Of a DNA stretch of 45,186 bases, positions 39,034-45,186 are shown in pieces. The DNA lies in sequence record SRR20825010_1457, one strand, 5' to 3'. A program made the translations under genes and the position numbers. Each line of letters begins with the position of its first letter. The first letter of the stretch is position 1. Below the pieces are notes generated by a model. It was given only the letters and a program-made list of their open reading frames with translations, searched no databases and had not been told where the DNA came from.

Positions 39034-40269
39034 ATGATGGGCAAGTCCGATGAAAAAATGGATCTAGTCATAATTGGAGGCGGCATATTTGGTTGTGCCA
39101 TTGCCTATTATTTCAGTAAAAACAATCCAGGAAAACAGCTAATGCTCTTGGAGCGTAACGAGCTTAATAATGCTGCCACAAGTAGGGCAGCGGCCCTTAT
39201 GACCATGGTAAGATCCAAGCGCTCCTATATTTCGCTGACCATTGAGACTTTTAAAGTCGCCAAGGAAATGGAGGAGGAACTAGGAGAAACTTTGGACTTT
39301 AAGGTGGTGGGTATGATGCATGTAGCAGCAAGCGAAGCCAAGGTAAGGGATCTGGAAGTGTTAATGGGCATTGCCAGGGAATACGATCAGGAAGCATATT
39401 ACATTAGCAAGGAAGAGGCCAAGGAAAAAGCACCTTGGCTAAAGGTGGACGAGGCGTTGAAAATAGGATTTGTTCCCAATGAAGCCTATTGTGACCCCTA
39501 TATGTTGGGGACTTTTTTTGCCAGATGTGCCAAAAACCGGGGAGCTAAAATTCGCCAAGGGGTAGAGGTAGTGGGTTTAATACATGAGGCCGGTACGGTG
39601 AAGGGCGTAAAGACAACTGAAGGGGACATCCTTGCAGAGACCGTTGTGGATGCGGCTGGTGTTTGGGCACCTCTGTTGGCCGAGGAGGTGGGGGCAGGCC
39701 TTCCAATGGCCCCAGTGCGAAGTCAGTATTGGATAACGGAACGCTCCGATCTGTTTCCCACTAATTCGCCCATGGTCCTTTTACCGGATGCCCAAGCCTA
39801 TGCCCGACCCGAAGGGGGAGGCCTGTTGTTTGGGATTCGCGAGGGAAAATCGTTGGTCGCTTCCCCAAAAGATGTGCCCAAGGATATTACCGATTTCGTT
39901 TTTAGTGCCGATGGAGGGATGGACGATCTTTTTGAGAATGGGGAGCGACTTGCCCGTTTTTTTCCTGCTTTTTACGATATGGGAATCAAATATTATGTGG
40001 CCGGATTTTCGGGCTATACGCCAGACTCCCAATTGGTAGTAGGAGAGGTACCGGGCGTAAAAGGATTCCTTGTGGCCTCGGGGTGTTGTGGTGCAGGGAT
40101 TTCCGTTGCAGGCGGGGTAGGGCTCGGCATTGCTGAAATGGCAGCTGGAAGGCCAAACCCCCTCGATTTTTCGGAATTTCAAATTTCTAGATTTGGCAAA
40201 ATAGATCCTTTTGGGGAAGAATGGCTGAACAAGTGTGCCGCCGCCAGATCCAATAAGGTAAGTGGTTAA
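39034..40269 (+). CDS. FAD-dependent amine oxidoreductase (DAO/sarcosine oxidase beta-like)
   Basis: IIGGGIFG, LLER, ATSRAAA, DAAGVWA, YARPEGGG, YTPD, SGCCGAGIS. Confidence 0.88.
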   Translation: MMGKSDEKMDLVIIGGGIFGCAIAYYFSKNNPGKQLMLLERNELNNAATSRAAALMTMVRSKRSYISLTIETFKVAKEMEEELGETLDFKVVGMMHVAASEAKVRDLEVLMGIAREYDQEAYYISKEEAKEKAPWLKVDEALKIGFVPNEAYCDPYMLGTFFARCAKNRGAKIRQGVEVVGLIHEAGTVKGVKTTEGDILAETVVDAAGVWAPLLAEEVGAGLPMAPVRSQYWITERSDLFPTNSPMVLLPDAQAYARPEGGGLLFGIREGKSLVASPKDVPKDITDFVFSADGGMDDLFENGERLARFFPAFYDMGIKYYVAGFSGYTPDSQLVVGEVPGVKGFLVASGCCGAGISVAGGVGLGIAEMAAGRPNPLDFSEFQISRFGKIDPFGEEWLNKCAAARSNKVSG

Positions 40270-40288
40270 ACAATTAAGAAAGTACATC

Positions 40289-41293
40289 ATGCAAAATCAA
40301 GAAAAAGGACGTCGTAAGTTCATGGCCAAAATGGGATTGGGAACTTTGGCAATAGGAATGGGCAATGTTGGGGCTTACGCCTTTGCACCTAAAAATGAAA
40401 TCACTAAAAAGGACAAGGTAAATATTGGTTTTATTACCGATGTCCATCAAGGCTTTTGTGCAGACGGGCTTGAGCGTTTGCAGGTATTTATAAAGGAGGC
40501 ATCTTCCCGAAAATTGGATTTTATTATCCAAGGTGGCGATTTTTGCTTTGCAACGGAAGAAGCCCGGGAATGTATGGATCTTTGGAACACCTACAAGGGT
40601 GAAAAGTATCATGTGCTGGGGAACCATGATATGGACAAGGTTACCAAGAAGGAAGCCATGGATTTTTTCGGGATGGAGAGTAATTATTATTCCTTTGATA
40701 AGGGCGACTTTCATTTTGTGGTAATGGATGGAAATTATATACTGAAAGATGGGAAATATGAAGATTATGGCAATGCCAATTTTTATATTGATCAACAGAA
40801 TAGAAGTTTGGTAAACCCGGAACAAATTGAATGGCTAAGGGAGGATTTGGAAAAAACGGATAAGCAGACTATTATTATTTCCCATCAGGCCTTTGACGAA
40901 ATTTGGGACGGTTGGTCCTCTCCCAGTAGGTTTGAGGTTAGAAAAGTTATTGATGATGCCAACAATAGAACGGATTATCAAAAGGTTATTGCCTGTTTCT
41001 GTGGCCACCATCATGTAGACGATCACAGTTATATAAACAATGTGCACTATTTCCAGATGAACAGCGCCTCTTATTTTTATGTTGGAGAAGGCTATGGCTC
41101 CGATGGCAGTAGGGCCATGTACGAGGATTCCATTTTTGCCTTTTTAACCCTGGATCCCTCTGGTAAAATTTCAATTGAAGGACGCAAAAGTCAATTCGTA
41201 CGTCCAACCCCTATGGAAAAAGGCCACCCCGATGCGCCAAGACTTTCCGCATCCATTAGTGATAGGAGTGTTGGCTTTAGGAAGAAAGTATAA
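40289..41293 (+). CDS. Calcineurin-like metallophosphoesterase, Tat-exported
   Basis: GRRKFM leader; DVH, GGD, GNHD, SH, GHHH metal motifs; ATG 40289 chosen over GTG 40262. Confidence 0.9.
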   Translation: MQNQEKGRRKFMAKMGLGTLAIGMGNVGAYAFAPKNEITKKDKVNIGFITDVHQGFCADGLERLQVFIKEASSRKLDFIIQGGDFCFATEEARECMDLWNTYKGEKYHVLGNHDMDKVTKKEAMDFFGMESNYYSFDKGDFHFVVMDGNYILKDGKYEDYGNANFYIDQQNRSLVNPEQIEWLREDLEKTDKQTIIISHQAFDEIWDGWSSPSRFEVRKVIDDANNRTDYQKVIACFCGHHHVDDHSYINNVHYFQMNSASYFYVGEGYGSDGSRAMYEDSIFAFLTLDPSGKISIEGRKSQFVRPTPMEKGHPDAPRLSASISDRSVGFRKKV

Positions 41294-41433
41294 AATGAGA
41301 TCTAATTGTAAAATCAGCACTGTAAATGAATCAAGTTTTTTGTAAGTCGTTCCAAAGTAGAGAGATACTACTGTTTAATTATAAATTAAGGCCATTGACA
41401 CACGGCCTAAGAGTGCTATTTAGTAGAATTGTT

Positions 41434-43020
41434 ATGTTCGCTCCCATTCTGATCATTTTGCTGATCTGCCAATTGGCAATATCGCAACAAGCTGTTTTTC
41501 AAATGGATTTTGATGACAATAGCTTCGAGGAAAATATCATTTCTAAAGACCATGCTATTTATATGGTAGATCTTCAGCAGTCCCAACTTGCAGAGGGGTT
41601 GTCCGGTTATGCTCTTGATCTTTCAGCAAACGCCTCATTGAGGAGACCAGTAAAATTAAATAAAGGCAGCTTTCCTGTTCTTACCGAACAATCGTCTTTT
41701 AGCGTTCAAATCTGGGTAAAAACCTTGGCCAATGCCAAAATGGGGGGCGTTATTGCCGGAAATAAAAATACCGATGAGCTTTCTAACATTGGGTGGCAAA
41801 TATATACCCAGGAGAATGGAGCTTGGGCATTAAATCTCGGCGATGGGAAGAATAGATATGACTATAGGCCCACTGCGGAAAGACAAGCAGTTAACGATGG
41901 ACGATGGCATCAGATTTTATTAAGTATCGATCGTGATAAAGATGAACTTTGGGTGTATTTTGATGGCAAGAGCGTGGCCATATACAATATACCGGAGTTA
42001 AAAGGCTTGGAATCCGAATTGGCCACAGTTATAGGAGGTTCCGATGAAAAATGGGAATATGGGTCCTATGGGCAATGGAATGCCTTTAATGGCTTTTTGG
42101 ATGAAATAAAGGTATGGGATTCGGCTATTGATGCCGGAACCGTTGAGAAGTTGTACTCCCAATATTACCCAATTTCGGAAAATAATCCATTAGTATTGGA
42201 CGCCCGACATTTAAAGGTGTTGACCTGGAACATTTGGCATGGAGGAAATAGATATGGCAAAGAGGTAGGAGTACAACGGGTCATCGAAACCATTAAGGCT
42301 ACCAATGCGGATATTGTTGGACTTATAGAAACTTATGGCTCGGGGGAAATAATTGCTGATTCCTTGGGCTATTACTTTTATCTGATAAGTTCCAATTTGT
42401 CTATAATGAGTCGTTATCCGATTACTGAAACCATTAAAATTTTTAAGCCATTTAATTTTGGTGGGGTTAAATTAAATATGGGCCCTTCCAAAGAATTAAT
42501 CTTTTTTGATACCTGGCTGCATTATTTGCCGGATTATAGCAAGAGCATCATAACAGAGAATAAAAGTCCAAAAGCCTTGATAGCGGATGAGGAAAATACA
42601 CGCCAGGGGGAAATAAAGGAAATTTTAAAAGGCATAACACCGTATCTAAAAAATACAGATGAAACCCCTGTAATTATGGTGGGCGATTTTAATATGGGGT
42701 CACATCTTGATTGGACAAAGGAAACCAAGGATATCCATTACGGAAAAATAGTGGAATGGCCAGAGAGTAAGGAAATGTACCTTGCCGGATTTATAGACAG
42801 TTATCGTGAATTGCACATTGATCCTTTGTTGGATCCCGGGTTTACATGGACTCCAAGAGCCGCTACCTCTTCGGACAAATACGGACTCAGGGACAGAATC
42901 GACTATATCTATTATAAAGGAAAAAGTTTGAATGTTTTGGAATCCAAAGTAATCGATTACCACCCTATTATGTTCCCTTCGGATCACGCAGCTGTTTTTA
43001 GTGTTTTTCAATTGAATTAA
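41434..43020 (+). CDS. Exported LamG-like domain + endonuclease/exonuclease/phosphatase (EEP) fusion
   Basis: Signal peptide from ATG 41434 (ORF extends to 41326); LamG: FSVQIWVK, DGRWHQI, VYFDG, FNGFLDEIKVW; EEP: TWNIWHG, IETYG, GDFN, RIDYIY, SDH. Confidence 0.85.
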   Translation: MFAPILIILLICQLAISQQAVFQMDFDDNSFEENIISKDHAIYMVDLQQSQLAEGLSGYALDLSANASLRRPVKLNKGSFPVLTEQSSFSVQIWVKTLANAKMGGVIAGNKNTDELSNIGWQIYTQENGAWALNLGDGKNRYDYRPTAERQAVNDGRWHQILLSIDRDKDELWVYFDGKSVAIYNIPELKGLESELATVIGGSDEKWEYGSYGQWNAFNGFLDEIKVWDSAIDAGTVEKLYSQYYPISENNPLVLDARHLKVLTWNIWHGGNRYGKEVGVQRVIETIKATNADIVGLIETYGSGEIIADSLGYYFYLISSNLSIMSRYPITETIKIFKPFNFGGVKLNMGPSKELIFFDTWLHYLPDYSKSIITENKSPKALIADEENTRQGEIKEILKGITPYLKNTDETPVIMVGDFNMGSHLDWTKETKDIHYGKIVEWPESKEMYLAGFIDSYRELHIDPLLDPGFTWTPRAATSSDKYGLRDRIDYIYYKGKSLNVLESKVIDYHPIMFPSDHAAVFSVFQLN

Positions 43021-43089
43021 TTGTCTATTTTTGCTATATTAAATGTCATTGTGGCAAATTCATGCCTGCAAATGACCAATAGTAGCTAA

Positions 43090-43647
43090 ATGGATGACAT
43101 TCTAATAAACATAGGTAGGCAATTAAAATTGGCCCGCCAGAAGAGGGATTTGACCTTGCAACAGGTGGCAAAAAGAACTGGTGTTAGCGCCGGACTTATT
43201 TCTAAGATTGAAAATTTAAGAACCACGCCATCTTTACCAGTGCTATTAAAAATAATGCAGACGCTTAGTATAGATCTGTCAGAATTGGACCTGTCATCCA
43301 GTGTTACGGGAGATTATATCGTTATCAAAAATGGAACGGGGACCAAAGAAGAACGGGAAGATTCCGTAAACCTGGAATATACGCACCTTTTGTCCAGTCC
43401 TTCTTCGGATAGTAGTATAAGGGTGTATATTGTTAGTGTTGCTGCTGGAGCATATCGAAAGCCAATCTCAACCAATGCCAATGAACTAATTTATGTGCTT
43501 GGAGGAAAGGTAAATTATTTGCTTAAAAAGGACAAGGTGCTATTGGAAAAAGGAGATCTGCTTTATTTTGATGGCTCTATTCCACATGGCGTTTCCAATG
43601 AGTTCAATGAACAGGCAACCATGTTGAAAATTTACTTTTTACATTAA
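43090..43647 (+). CDS. XRE-family HTH regulator with cupin domain
   Basis: IGRQLKLARQKRDLTLQQVAKRTGVSAGLISKIEN..TPS; cupin ELIYVLGG...LEKGDLLYFDGSIPH; TATTTTTG (-7-like) at 43026-43033. Confidence 0.93.
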   Translation: MDDILINIGRQLKLARQKRDLTLQQVAKRTGVSAGLISKIENLRTTPSLPVLLKIMQTLSIDLSELDLSSSVTGDYIVIKNGTGTKEEREDSVNLEYTHLLSSPSSDSSIRVYIVSVAAGAYRKPISTNANELIYVLGGKVNYLLKKDKVLLEKGDLLYFDGSIPHGVSNEFNEQATMLKIYFLH

Positions 43648-44049
43648 GGAAGGGTAAATTTATATCCTTAATTTATTACCTCCCGACAGTTTTTCTATAA
43701 CCGGATAGGACTGATTTATTTCCGTAACCCATATAAGGGTCATTTTCCTGCAATTGTTATTATTGATAAGGGTGGAATGCCATGCTTATTATTTGCCAAT
43801 TCTTACAGGTATACACCATTTTTGTCAGGTTTTGCAATTATATTTTCTACGCTAGAAGGCCTTGAAACAAAAATTTTCGAATCTTGTTTAAAAATCGAAT
43901 TGCGCTAATAGTAAAGGCTAAGGGCGATGTATAGGTTTTATCTATGGTAAAATCATATCAACAGTTAAACTCTATATGGAATAATGGGGTATCGCATGGT
44001 TATTGTGCAAATAGGGTTGTAAATTAACGTATTAACATAAAAACAATAC

Positions 44050-44856
44050 ATGAAAGTATTAGTAATTGGGGCAGGGAATATGGGATTGACCTACGCGGAA
44101 TCCATGTCAAAATCAAAACTGTTAAAGAAAAGAAATTTAATGATTTTGGACAGTTCCCAAGAAAAGACCTTGTCCTTAAAAAAGATTTTACATTTTGAAG
44201 TACATGAAAATTTGGAGGATTGTGTGCCCAAGGCAGATTTAATCTTTATTGCGGTAAAACCTTTCCATAGCGAGGATTTATTTAAGAAGATGAAAGACCT
44301 GGTTAAAGAGGGACAGATTGTTATATCAATTATGGCAGGAGTGACTATAAAGTCCATGCAAGATCAATTGGGACTTCAGAAAATTGTCCGTGCCATGCCA
44401 AATTTACCTGCCCAAATTGGGAAAGGGGTAACTTCATATACGGCTTCTAAGGAAGTCTCAAGAATAGAATTGTTGACCATAGAAAATTTATTGGATACTA
44501 CAGGGAAGTCTATTTTGGTAAGCTCCGAGAAGTTTATAGATGCCTCCACAGGTATTTCTGGGAGTGGTCCGGCCTACGTTTTCTATTTTATGCAGAGCAT
44601 GATGGAAGCTGCTTTAAAAATGGGCTTTTCGGGCAATGACAGTAAGATGTTGGTTAGTCACACCTTTGAAGGCGCCGTAGAGTTGTTTAATCAATCCGAT
44701 CTTTCTCCCAATTCTTGGATGGAAAGGGTAGCCTCCAAAGGGGGCACTACCAGGGCGGCATTGGATTCCATGGAAGACAATAATGTAAAGGAGCTTATTA
44801 AAGAGGCTGCTTACTCCGCTTTTAATCGCGCTGTAGAACTAGGACAAGATAAATAG
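44050..44856 (+). CDS. proC: Pyrroline-5-carboxylate reductase
   Basis: IGAGNMG, AVKP, ISIMAG, VRAMPN, SGSGPAY, VASKGGTT. Confidence 0.97.
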   Translation: MKVLVIGAGNMGLTYAESMSKSKLLKKRNLMILDSSQEKTLSLKKILHFEVHENLEDCVPKADLIFIAVKPFHSEDLFKKMKDLVKEGQIVISIMAGVTIKSMQDQLGLQKIVRAMPNLPAQIGKGVTSYTASKEVSRIELLTIENLLDTTGKSILVSSEKFIDASTGISGSGPAYVFYFMQSMMEAALKMGFSGNDSKMLVSHTFEGAVELFNQSDLSPNSWMERVASKGGTTRAALDSMEDNNVKELIKEAAYSAFNRAVELGQDK

Positions 44857-44859
44857 GAT

Positions 44860-45186
44860 ATGTATAAACAGAGAGTAGTTATAAAAGTAGGTACCAATGT
44901 AATGACCAATAAGGATAACAGGATAGTAAAACCTGTCCTTGATCATTTGGTACAACAGATAGCAGAATTGTACGAACGCAATATCATGTCGGTTTTGGTT
45001 TCTTCGGGATCGGTTATAGCGGGCATGGAGGTAATGGGGGAGAGTCAGATTACGGACAAGGCCACAAGGCGACAAGTGTATTCGGCCATTGGACAACCAA
45101 GGATGATGCGCCATTACTATAATATATTTCAAGATTATGGAATGAAGTGTGCCCAGGTATTGGCCACAAAAAGGGATTTTAACCCT
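44860..45186 (+). CDS. proB: Glutamate 5-kinase, 5' part (runs off window)
   Basis: Manual translation from ATG 44860: MYKQRVVIKVGTNVMT...VLVSSGSVIAG...RQVYSAIGQ...AQVLATKRDF; not in the supplied ORF track. Confidence 0.93.
   Translation, partial: MYKQRVVIKVGTNVMTNKDNRIVKPVLDHLVQQIAELYERNIMSVLVSSGSVIAGMEVMGESQITDKATRRQVYSAIGQPRMMRHYYNIFQDYGMKCAQVLATKRDFNP

Noticed and set aside
41434-43647. EEP nuclease plus XRE as a defence or toxin-antitoxin module
   Set aside because: EEP protein has a signal peptide and LamG domain, and the XRE has a metabolite-sensing cupin; metabolic context fits better.
28040-44049. Phosphonate island as a mobile element
   Set aside because: No integrase, transposase, tRNA or flanking direct repeats seen; the locally higher GC in the FAD gene is partly explained by Gly/Ala content and was not quantified.
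43648-44049. Riboswitch or sRNA upstream of proC
   Set aside because: No convincing conserved structure visible by eye; an Rfam/Infernal scan would be needed.
396-45132. Numerous short antisense or nested ORFs in the six-frame track (e.g. 39781-40290, 40274-40825, 44839-45132)
   Set aside because: All lie within or opposite well-supported genes and show no recognisable motifs.

Overview
AT-rich bacterial chromosome segment with Bacteroidota/Flavobacteriaceae hallmarks (SusC/SusD pair, TAnnTTTG promoter elements); genus cannot be fixed from sequence alone. Left to right: ppc; a multi-PAS histidine kinase and single-domain response regulator; a ~21 kb hexuronate-linked locus (cytochrome c-fused lipoprotein dehydrogenase, uxaC, ThuA-like protein, LacI regulator with operator, susC/susD, DUF6807/PmoA-like lipoprotein, two exported Gfo/Idh/MocA oxidoreductases, uxuB-like SDR, uxuA, TRAP transporter) with no recognisable glycoside hydrolase or lyase; a ~15 kb phosphonate catabolism island (phnA-phnY-phnW, three GlpT-like MFS transporters, Zn alcohol dehydrogenase plus an internally deleted copy of it, FAD amine oxidoreductase, three exported phospho-ester hydrolases, XRE-cupin regulator); then proC and the 5' part of proB. 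Best candidates for undescribed biology: (1) an expanded PhnWAY 'funnel' that may strip phosphonate head groups from phosphonolipids/phosphonoglycans and import several different C2 phosphonates, and (2) a hydrolase-free, redox-enzyme-rich uronate PUL. All functional calls come from motif recognition by eye; no database searches were run.
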